Below are positions 1 through 8,071 of a stretch of DNA of 64,000 bases, in pieces (within the stretch, counting starts at the first letter, position 1; the number at the start of each line of letters is the position of its first letter). Origin of the DNA: an uncultured Planctomycetaceae bacterium. Lineage in GTDB: Bacteria > Planctomycetota > Planctomycetia > Planctomycetales > Planctomycetaceae. Made by a program: the position numbers and the translations under genes. The notes under the pieces are model-generated. The model saw only the letters and a list, made by a program, of their open reading frames with translations. It did not search any database and was not told the origin of the DNA. Location: assembly GCA_963815195.1 (NCBI GenBank), contig CAWFGE010000017.1, positions 224,001 through 288,000 on the forward strand, in the 5' to 3' direction.

Positions 1-28
1 CAACTGGGCGATCCCGTGTGGGCGATAA

Positions 29-53
29 CGTAGCGGCGGCATCTTGCCGCCGT
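29..53. repeat. REP-like palindrome, family B (CGTAGCGGCGGCATCTTGCCGCCG), single unit
   Basis: GTAG head followed by a GC-rich hairpin; the same unit occurs at 25154-25220, 42255-42280 and 62521-62586. Confidence 0.8.
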
Positions 54-82
54 CGTTTCACGCCGACCGCGGAAAGCCGCCG

Positions 83-1264
83 CTATTTTCCGCCGACGGG
101 CTGCGATCGGATCGATTCTTGCTGTTCGACGGCTTTGAGGGGGATGGTCGGTTCGGGAATGGGGCGGCCGAGTTTTTCCAGAACATAGCGGTGGAAAACA
201 TAGATCCGTTCTTCGCGGGTGCCGAGCACGCCTTTATGCCGGCTTTTGGTCAGGCCGCGCTGCTGGTGCGGAAAGATGTTCAGATCTTCCCACATGATTT
301 TCCGCATCGTGTGCCGGCTGATGATTGCCAGGATCCACGCGAGGTAAGCGGCCCAGGGATTCCGCTTGCTGCCCCGATACGAATACATCCGCAGTTGGAG
401 CCGGGTGCGACCGGCGCCGACGGGCAGGTAATTCACGAAGTAACTGAAGAGGCCGCCGGTCGTGATAATGACCGTGTGGGGATGGATGAGCGTGTGCACA
501 TAGAGGTCGGTGGGTTCGTTGCCCAGCCAACGGGCGAGGCGGGGCTGCCAGAATCTGAGGTCCCGCGATTCGACGTCGTATTCCATGGTGGTGTAGCGGG
601 GATGCAAAATGTGCTCCTGGCGATTCTCGCTCGGATACATCCCCTTAAACGTTTTCATATGCATTTCCTGGACGTGGTACGTCTCCACGGTGTTCTCCAC
701 CGGGATTTTCCAGTTGCATTCGAAGTCGTGTTCCCAGATGTCTTTGAGCTGCCAGGCCGGGGTGGTGAAGTTCTTTTCGATTATCTCGCAAAAAGGTGAC
801 AAAAACTCCCGGAGCGGCGGGGCGTCTTCGCTCAAGGCGACGAAAATCAAATCGCCGCAGGTGTCCACGCGGAAGGTGTGGAGCCTGGCGTTCTCGCGGT
901 CCCAGGGGCGAAAGCAACCGGCGTCCGGAATGCGGCCGGTGCGGCCCGCCTCGTCGTATTGCCAGCCGTGATATTGGCATTGGATGACGGGACTGTTCCC
1001 GCGAGGTTTCGAGGTGATCTCGCAATGCCGATGACAGCACAGATTCTCGAGTGCGTAAAATTGGCCGCCGGCTCGGCGAAGGATGATCGGACGGTCGAGC
1101 AGATCCAGCGTCACAAAGTCGCCGTCCTTGGGCAGTTCGGATTTTGTCGCCGCCAGATGCCAGACCGGCAGAAACACGTTTTCGACTTCCGCCTGCTGGC
1201 AGGCTTCGGAAGTGTAATCCTCCGGTTCGAGCAGGTATTCGAGTTGATGTTGATGTACAAACAT
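83..1264 (-). CDS. Rieske non-heme iron oxygenase, alpha subunit
   Basis: Rieske ligands NLCCHRH...CQYHGW; mononuclear-iron motif ENTVETYHVQEMH and C-terminal WED; ATG at 1264 chosen as start. Confidence 0.9.
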   Translation of the reverse strand: MFVHQHQLEYLLEPEDYTSEACQQAEVENVFLPVWHLAATKSELPKDGDFVTLDLLDRPIILRRAGGQFYALENLCCHRHCEITSKPRGNSPVIQCQYHGWQYDEAGRTGRIPDAGCFRPWDRENARLHTFRVDTCGDLIFVALSEDAPPLREFLSPFCEIIEKNFTTPAWQLKDIWEHDFECNWKIPVENTVETYHVQEMHMKTFKGMYPSENRQEHILHPRYTTMEYDVESRDLRFWQPRLARWLGNEPTDLYVHTLIHPHTVIITTGGLFSYFVNYLPVGAGRTRLQLRMYSYRGSKRNPWAAYLAWILAIISRHTMRKIMWEDLNIFPHQQRGLTKSRHKGVLGTREERIYVFHRYVLEKLGRPIPEPTIPLKAVEQQESIRSQPVGGK

Positions 1265-1437
1265 GGCGGGCAAAACACAAATTGGGAAAACGGATTGGAA
1301 TTTTCATCCAGATTACATTGTACCGCCTGCGCAAACCACCCATCTTTCGACCTCAATGTCCGGAATTGGGTCGAATGGCAGGAATTGGAGAAATTGAGCG
1401 GGTCGGACCGATTGCTGACGGTTCGTTCGCCGCCGGG

Positions 1438-1647
1438 TCAGATCCACGAAAAGAGCCATTTCAAAAGCTCGATGGCGTTTTCGCCCCATAGGCCTCCCGA
1501 GACAAACCCTGCAAGCGCCGCCAGTCCGACGATGAGCCAGTTCATCGCCGAGAACCAGAAAAACAGAATGCACACCGCGATCAACGCGGCCAGGAACGCC
1601 CCGCAGCATCCTTCAAAGACAAATCGCAGGAGTCGGTCCGATGCCAT
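1438..1647 (-). CDS. small membrane protein (2 TM)
   Basis: 69-aa hydrophobic ORF 15 bp downstream of the phosphatase gene, same strand. Confidence 0.6.
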   Translation of the reverse strand: MASDRLLRFVFEGCCGAFLAALIAVCILFFWFSAMNWLIVGLAALAGFVSGGLWGENAIELLKWLFSWI

Positions 1648-1662
1648 TTGGCTTTCGAGTTC

Positions 1663-3450
1663 TCACTCGCAGCGGCGGAGACAGACGAGGCACATGTCGT
1701 CGGTTTGCGGATGGCCTTGGCTGAAGGTTTCCACATCCTGGATGACGCCCTGAACGAGTTCTTCGGGATCGGCGGGGCCGTCGGCGAGATACTTGCTGAG
1801 CAGTTTCACGCCGTAGAGATCCAGTTTGGGGTTCATCGCTTCGGTAATGCCGTCGGTGAAGGCCACGAACGTGTCGCCCGGTTTCAAGGGGACAACGGTT
1901 TCGCGAAACACCTGGTCGGGCACGACGCCCAAAGGCAATCCGCCGATCTCCCGGCCGACCTGCTCGACCTCGCCGGACGCGTGCCTTAACAAGGGCGGCA
2001 TGTGTCCCGCGTTGGCGATTGTCAATTCGTGGGTCTTCGGATTCAAAATGGCGATCACGCAGGTAATGAACCGAAACCCCAAGCCGCTCGAAGCAATCTC
2101 GCGGTTCAGCCCGGTCATGGCTTTGGCGACGGAGGATTGCGTGAGCAGATGAAACCGCGCCGCGGAGTACAAGCGGGCCATCAACAGCGCGGCGGGAATT
2201 CCTTTGCCGGCCACGTCCGCCGCCGCAACCGCCACGTTTTTGTTGCGGAGCGGGACGTAATCGAAATAGTCGCCGCCCACGCTCTGGGCCGGCTCGTAAT
2301 AGTCGTAAAACTCGTAGCCTTTGATGCTCGGCCGCTGGTTCGGCAAGAATCCCAACTGGATTTGCGTGGCGACTTCCAGATCCCGCTGGATCTCCCGCTG
2401 ATGCACCAATTCTTCGTGCAAGCGGGAGTTCTCCACTGCGAGCGCCGCCTGCGAAGCGACGCTCACCAGCAAATCCAAATCGTCCTGCAAAAACTTCTGC
2501 TGCACGTTGTGCGTGGCGATTTGAATGACGCCCATCGGGTCGTTGTCTTTGGACATGAGCGGCACGCACATCATCGAATGGATCTTCAGCCCCGGAACGC
2601 TGTCGCTGGTGCGGAACCGCTCGTCGGCGACCGCGTCGGCGCTCAAAATCGCTTCCTTGGATTCGAGGGCTTTGCGGACGATCGTCATGCTCTGCCCGAT
2701 GCCGGTCCCTTCATTGTTCCGGCGGGATTTCGCGGCTTGGAGCGTGAGCGTGTCGCTTTCGGCTTCCTGCAGCATCACAAAGCCTTCGTCGGCCTGCGGG
2801 AAGATCTCGAACAGCTTGTCCAATAACTCCTTGGACACATCCTCCAAAGTCAGCACGTGCGCGAGCGCGTTGCTGATGTCCAGAATCGCCCGCAGCTTGA
2901 CTTCGGGCTTCACGCCCAGCCGCAAGTTGCTGCTGCCGCCGCCCACGTCCATCGTGCTGATGATGGACGATGCTCCCACGTGCTCGCCCTCGCCTTTTTT
3001 GCCGGGGGACTTGGAGCGGACGACGTTGCCGGTGATCGTCACGCCCCCGATCAAATCCGAAGTGGACCGGCTTTTGGACTTGTCCTTCCCGCCCAGAAAC
3101 ACGCTGGTGTCGCCTTTGCGCATGACGGGCGTCGGCGGGGGCGCGGTTTCGGGCGGCGGGCTTTGCACGTGAAACCGAAACCCCACGTCGCAGACTTTGA
3201 TCTCGTCCCCTTCCTGAATCTCCGCCCGGCCGTCGATGCGGGTGCCGTTGAGGTACGTGTGGTTCCGGCTGCGGAGATCCTCCAAATAAAAATGCCCGTG
3301 GCTTTCCAGGATCTGCGCATGGTGCCGGCTGACGGCGGCGTTGTCCAACACGATATGGCAATTGGGATGACGCCCCATCACCATCCGCTCGCCGTGAAGT
3401 TCCAAAATCTGGCCGGGGATCGCCCCCCGTATGACTTTCAAAAAGGCCAC
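1663..3450 (-). CDS. FHA-GAF-SpoIIE (PP2C) serine phosphatase
   Basis: FHA motifs GRHP..C, VSRHHA, SRNHTYLNG; central GAF; PP2C motifs VGGDYFD, DVAGKG, NAGH, FTDGITEA, DDMC; GTG at 3450 with GGAG upstream. Confidence 0.92.
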   Translation of the reverse strand: MAFLKVIRGAIPGQILELHGERMVMGRHPNCHIVLDNAAVSRHHAQILESHGHFYLEDLRSRNHTYLNGTRIDGRAEIQEGDEIKVCDVGFRFHVQSPPPETAPPPTPVMRKGDTSVFLGGKDKSKSRSTSDLIGGVTITGNVVRSKSPGKKGEGEHVGASSIISTMDVGGGSSNLRLGVKPEVKLRAILDISNALAHVLTLEDVSKELLDKLFEIFPQADEGFVMLQEAESDTLTLQAAKSRRNNEGTGIGQSMTIVRKALESKEAILSADAVADERFRTSDSVPGLKIHSMMCVPLMSKDNDPMGVIQIATHNVQQKFLQDDLDLLVSVASQAALAVENSRLHEELVHQREIQRDLEVATQIQLGFLPNQRPSIKGYEFYDYYEPAQSVGGDYFDYVPLRNKNVAVAAADVAGKGIPAALLMARLYSAARFHLLTQSSVAKAMTGLNREIASSGLGFRFITCVIAILNPKTHELTIANAGHMPPLLRHASGEVEQVGREIGGLPLGVVPDQVFRETVVPLKPGDTFVAFTDGITEAMNPKLDLYGVKLLSKYLADGPADPEELVQGVIQDVETFSQGHPQTDDMCLVCLRRCE

Positions 3451-3928
3451 AGTCAACTCTCCGGCGGAACCGGTTGGCGAACGGAAACGTTTAATGCTTC
3501 ACTCGGATGTCAAAGGTCAAACCATGCGTCTGTCCGCGCCAAATGCCAAGTGATGAGATCGAGCGCGAGCCCCTCACTCTGCATTCGCCGTCGTAGAAAA
3601 GACCGCCCGGGCCAGGCCGCCTATGTTCGCGATTTTATCGAGACCCGATGGCGTGGGTCAACAACCGGATTTTCCGAACCGGGTTTGATCCAGGGGAAAA
3701 TCGCGTCAAGCAGGAACTTCCGCCCTCTTGGTCCCCGCGATTGCCGGAGCCGGCGGTCGGGGGACTTCTGGTTTTACCGGGTTTTTCGAAGTTTATGTCA
3801 TGTTCCAGAAGCCCAGGGTGGTTCTCTGGCGTAGGATTTCTACAATCACACCAACCTTCCGGGTCGCGGATCCTCCGGGATTCGTCTCCCATTTTTGCGT
3901 CCAAAGCCTGGAGAAAGCGCGGCTCAGG

Positions 3929-4894
3929 ATGACTCAATTCACGATCCAAGAAGAGGCCCTCGGCACCGAACCGTTCCGCTGGGATGTCCTCGCGGGCTTG
4001 CTCCAATCGCCGAAGGTCCTGCCCTGCAAGTATTTTTACGATGAAGCCGGGTCGCAACTTTTCGACCAGATTTGCGAGTTGGACGAATACTATCTGACCC
4101 GCACGGAGCTTCAGATCATGGAGGACCACGCCGGCGAGATGGCGGGTGCCTTTGGACCGGCGTGCGTGCTCGTCGAATACGGCAGCGGCAGCAGTTGGAA
4201 ATCCCGGCTGCTCCTGGACCGCTTGGACGGCGGGTCCGTCTATGTCCCCGTGGACATCGCCCGCGAGCACTTGCGGCAAACCGCCGCCCGGCTGGCCGAC
4301 CAATATCCGGATTTGCGAATCCGCCCGGTCTGCGCCGATTTCACGATGCCGTTCGTGCTCCCCAAACTTCGCCCGAACGCCGGCCGCACGATTGTCTACT
4401 TTCCCGGTTCGACCATCGGCAATTTCCCCCCCGCCCGCGCGGTGGACCTGCTCAAACAAATGCGTCGGCTCGCCGGCACAACCGGCGGGATTCTCATCGG
4501 CGTCGATCTGCCCAAGTCCCGCGACATCCTCGAAGCGGCTTACGATGATGAGCAAGGCGTGACGGCCCGGTTCAATCTCAATCTGCTCCACCGCATCAAC
4601 CGCGAATTGGACGCGGACATCCCCGTGGACCGTTTCGAGCACCAGGCGATTTTCAACGAGCGGGAAAGCCGGGTGGAGATGCACCTCGTCTCGGCCGAAG
4701 AGCAAACCCTGACGATTGCAGGGGCCGAGTTCGACTTCGCCGAGGGCGAAACGATCCACACCGAGAACTCCTACAAATACGGCCTCGAGTACTTCGCCGA
4801 CCTCGCCGCCCAAGCCGGTTTATCCGTCCGCCGCGTCTGGTGCGATGCCGAGAAACTCTTCAGCGTGCAGTTTCTGGTTCCCAGCGAAAACTAA
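3929..4894 (+). CDS. egtD: L-histidine N(alpha)-methyltransferase
   Basis: PCKYFYD..GSQLFDQICELDEYYLTRTE, EYGSGS, FPGSTIGNF, AYDD..GVTARFNLN, IHTENSYKY. Confidence 0.92.
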   Translation: MTQFTIQEEALGTEPFRWDVLAGLLQSPKVLPCKYFYDEAGSQLFDQICELDEYYLTRTELQIMEDHAGEMAGAFGPACVLVEYGSGSSWKSRLLLDRLDGGSVYVPVDIAREHLRQTAARLADQYPDLRIRPVCADFTMPFVLPKLRPNAGRTIVYFPGSTIGNFPPARAVDLLKQMRRLAGTTGGILIGVDLPKSRDILEAAYDDEQGVTARFNLNLLHRINRELDADIPVDRFEHQAIFNERESRVEMHLVSAEEQTLTIAGAEFDFAEGETIHTENSYKYGLEYFADLAAQAGLSVRRVWCDAEKLFSVQFLVPSEN

Positions 4895-4895
4895 A

Positions 4896-4924
4896 GGCGA
4901 GCGGCCGGTGTAAGCCGGCCGGTT
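4896..4924. repeat. REP-like palindrome, GGCGAGC-headed family D
   Basis: GGCGAGCGGCCGGTGTAAGCCGGCCGGTT; related to the inverted copy at 5193-5221 and to 63659-63772. Confidence 0.6.
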
Positions 4925-4999
4925 TCCCCCGATCGCTTAAGAAGATTTCCGTCTCGAATTATACGGTATTCAAGAAAACGACGTTTCAAAGCATTCCAC

Positions 5000-5184
5000 C
5001 TCAAACTGTAAGCCTTTGGGTGGCTGGGCGCAAATTCTCCTTGGAGTAAGGCTGGAACTGTGAATGCTGGGGCTATGGCCGAGCGAGAAAAACTTCACAC
5101 AGCCCCAGACCTCAAATCTGCTTTTTCCTTGGAACATTCCATTGCGCCCCAGCCACCCCCTCCACTTTCGACTTACAGTCTGAG
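5000..5184. other. long imperfect hairpin (candidate structured RNA or MITE-like element)
   Basis: Nested arms 5005-5012/5172-5179, 5018-5033/5142-5158, 5038-5052/5120-5133 and 5067-5074/5101-5108, between convergent genes. Confidence 0.6.
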
Positions 5185-5192
5185 TTCCACGT

Positions 5193-5221
5193 AACCCGGA
5201 GGCTGACACCTCCGGCTCGCC
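5193..5221. repeat. REP-like palindrome, family D (inverted)
   Basis: Reverse complement reads GGCGAGCCGGAGGTGTCAGCCTCCGGGTT. Confidence 0.6.
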
Positions 5222-6253
5222 TTATGGTTCGCTCGGTTCCGCTTCGGGAAACGTATAGAGCATCGCGGTCACGGCCCAACTGCTGCCGGCGATGGAGACG
5301 AACTGATCCTTCTTGTGCGGAAAGCCGCTCTCGAAATAGGTCTGGATGGGTCTGCTTCTGGTGGCGACTTTCCAGGAACCGTCCGGGAGTTGAGTATCAA
5401 GGAGAAACTTGAGGCCGCGCTGATAGCGGGGATCGGTCGTCTTCAAGCCGCCGGTTTCATAAAGCGCAACGAGCACCGTGCCCGTGGCGTAGGCGTCGCT
5501 TTCGAGGTCGTCCGTCTGGGTCCAGCCGCCGTCTTCCCGCTGGCGTTCCAACAGTTCCTCCGCCGCGGCCTTCCGCTGCTCCTCATTTCCCAAATAGTTC
5601 AAAATCCGCAACCGATACACGCGGTCTTCAGTGTCCTTCGGCTCGGCGGTTTCGAGCCATTTCGAAACCTGCTCCCGGCGGCCGGCGATTTGTTCCTGTT
5701 GGGCTTCGGTGCCGAAATGTTCGAGCCCCCGCAAAGTCACATACGTCGAAGCAAACGAACTGGCCCCCGTCGGCGGGCGGTGGCCCGGCGGGTTCCAATG
5801 GCCCTGCTGCTTTTGATAATCCAACAGAAAATGCGCCACCGCCGCGGTCGTCTCATCGGGCTTGTAATCGCCGCTCTCCAAAGACCACAAGCCCCACGCG
5901 GCCGTGTCCACCCGCCCGCCTTGGCCTCGGCCCTCGGCATATTGCTTTTTCCCGCCTTTGAGATGCTTGATCGCCCGCTGGAGTTGATCCGCGAAATTCT
6001 CGCGGTCGATCTCAAACCCCCGCCGGCGGGCTTCGGAAAGCATCACCATCGGCATCGCCTGATGATGGCACGAAAAACACTGCCGCTGTTTGAGGTACTC
6101 TTGGGAACTCATCTCGATCAGCGAAATCCCCTTCACGACGGCCGCGCGGAGCTGAGTTTGATCCGGCTCCGCGGCAACCGCAATTCGCGAACATGCGGCG
6201 ACAATCAACCCAAAAACCAGCCACCAACGAAATCGCAATGTCGAGCCGATCAT
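5222..6253 (-). CDS. exported prenyltransferase/squalene-oxidase-repeat (alpha/alpha barrel) protein with a CxxCH motif
   Basis: Signal peptide (..AVA-AEP); QW-type repeats QKQQGHW, QREDGGW, QLPDGSW; CFSCHH near the N-terminus. Confidence 0.8.
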   Translation of the reverse strand: MIGSTLRFRWWLVFGLIVAACSRIAVAAEPDQTQLRAAVVKGISLIEMSSQEYLKQRQCFSCHHQAMPMVMLSEARRRGFEIDRENFADQLQRAIKHLKGGKKQYAEGRGQGGRVDTAAWGLWSLESGDYKPDETTAAVAHFLLDYQKQQGHWNPPGHRPPTGASSFASTYVTLRGLEHFGTEAQQEQIAGRREQVSKWLETAEPKDTEDRVYRLRILNYLGNEEQRKAAAEELLERQREDGGWTQTDDLESDAYATGTVLVALYETGGLKTTDPRYQRGLKFLLDTQLPDGSWKVATRSRPIQTYFESGFPHKKDQFVSIAGSSWAVTAMLYTFPEAEPSEP

Positions 6254-6436
6254 GGGGAACTCCTCATGGCAAAAAGTGCAAGGGGATTGTCTGATTCGAT
6301 CAAACCACAGAACGCTGAAAAGAGCAAGGTCCAGGTGGGAATCAAGGACCGCTTGAATCCCCAAGAAACAGCCGCGAAGCATGAGCGGCACGGCGCTCGC
6401 CGCCGGCTTTGATTTTGTGAATATCATTTCATCGAA

Positions 6437-6461
6437 GCCGGGGGCTAACGCCTACCGCTCA
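6437..6461. repeat. REP-like palindrome, family C
   Basis: Reverse complement TGAGCGGTAGGCGTTAGCCCCCGGC, similar to 30543-30622. Confidence 0.5.
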
Positions 6462-6485
6462 GATTCTCAAACCCGTTGCAAGGAA

Positions 6486-8071
6486 CTATTTCGGAATCCG
6501 GTTCAAGGTGTAATACGCATCGGGATGCAATAGGTTCTCGCCGGCTGCGCTTTGGACGCCGTCGGCGGAGAGTTCGTGCACGAAGAGTTCTCGGAGTCCT
6601 GAAACTTTCAATCGCACGCGCCGGCCGTCTTCGGACAGCGTTGCTTCTTCGATTGTGAGATCCTGTTTTTGGATTTCATCGCTGCCGTAGGTTTCGTGAT
6701 AGAGATAGGTGTAGCTGTTCATTTTATAGGACTTAGGATCGCCGGCGGTTCTTGGGTCCACGGGTTTGGTGAAGCGGAGTTCAAAGCCGTCGGGCCTGGC
6801 GCGCATTTCCTGGATTTCAAAAGGCGTCTTGCCGGTCCAGACGAGACGCTGGAGTCCATACGCGGCGGTGCCCAGGCTGCTCCAGCCGCGATTGGTCAGG
6901 CCCGCGAACACGCTGCCGTCGGTCCCTTGAGCCAGCCGCAATACCGCCGAGGCAAACCCGCTCTTGAAGGGAAAACAGGCCCCCTGGTACTCACCTTCAA
7001 TTTGTTCCAGGAACACGCGGTTGATGCCGGCTTGGGTGAACTCGCCGATGAAGAGCTGCCCCGCGAACGGCCCGAACTTGCCGCCGCTCGCATCGAGCAG
7101 AATGTCCGTCGCCGACTGTCCGACTTTTTTATAAGGGAACCAGACCGCCGGGGGTTTCATTGGCGGGAATCGTTTGAGGGCCGCGGGGTAAGGCAGGCCC
7201 GCGGGGATTTTTGTGATGCCTTGGATCGGCGAACCGGGCAGGCTCATCGAAGCCAAAGCTTCCGGGTGATGAAAGAACGCTCCCTTCCGCATGTGATGCA
7301 GCGAATTGGTTGGCACCCAGTTGCCTTGCTGGTCGGTATAAAACATATCGCCCGCCGCGTTCGCACCGAGGCCGCTGGGCGAGCGCATGCCCGCGCACAT
7401 CGGCACCAGTTCCCCGGCCGGCGTGACCATCATGCCCCAGCCCCGCCAGCGGCCTTGGCGATAGCCGAGCACGGGATCTCGAATCGTGCGATCCAACTGC
7501 TCGCCCTTCAGTCCCAAACCGATGTTGAGCGTCAGCCACAAATTGCCCTCGCCGTCCAGCTTCGGCCCGTAGGCGTATTCGTGATAATGCCCCGTCACGC
7601 CCCAGCCCTTGGCGACGGCGAGGTACTCATCGGCCACGCCGTCGCCGGTGAGGTCGCGCATCCGCGTGAGTTCGGACCGCTGCGCCTGTAAAACGCATCG
7701 CCGACTTTCAGAAGTCCGAGCGGCTCATGGAGAGCCGAGGCGAATTTTTTATAGGTCACATTTTTAGGCGGCTCGTCGTAAACGCCACCCAGAATCCAGA
7801 CTTCCCCTTTGCGAATCGCGACGGCGACGCGGTCGTCATCGAGCACCGTGATCCCGCTGATTTCGAGCGCCAACCCTGCGGGGGCCGGCTTCCAGTTCTT
7901 CGACCGCGAGTCTGTCTTCGCCTGCGAAGTCGCCACGGAAACGATGCGGTAATAATCACTCTCCTCCGCCGCGACTGCCGACGAATTGAATGTGGACCGG
8001 TATGCCGAAATCACGAATACGGCGCTCAAAATAATGGTCCGCACAGCGGAGCCCACGCGGTTTTTCACCAT
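6486..8071 (-). CDS. exported beta-propeller protein (glucose/sorbosone dehydrogenase-like, DUF7133-type); one frameshift
   Basis: ORFs 7595-8260 and 6486-7661 join near 7687 (FY-TAQRSELTRMRDLTGDGVADEY); motifs HEPLGL, YHEYAYGP, GMRSPSG, TDQQGNW; start overlaps the upstream stop. Confidence 0.8.

Noticed and set aside
5222..6253. Squalene-hopene cyclase (shc)
   Set aside because: Only one barrel (~343 aa), has a signal peptide and lacks the DxDD catalytic motif.
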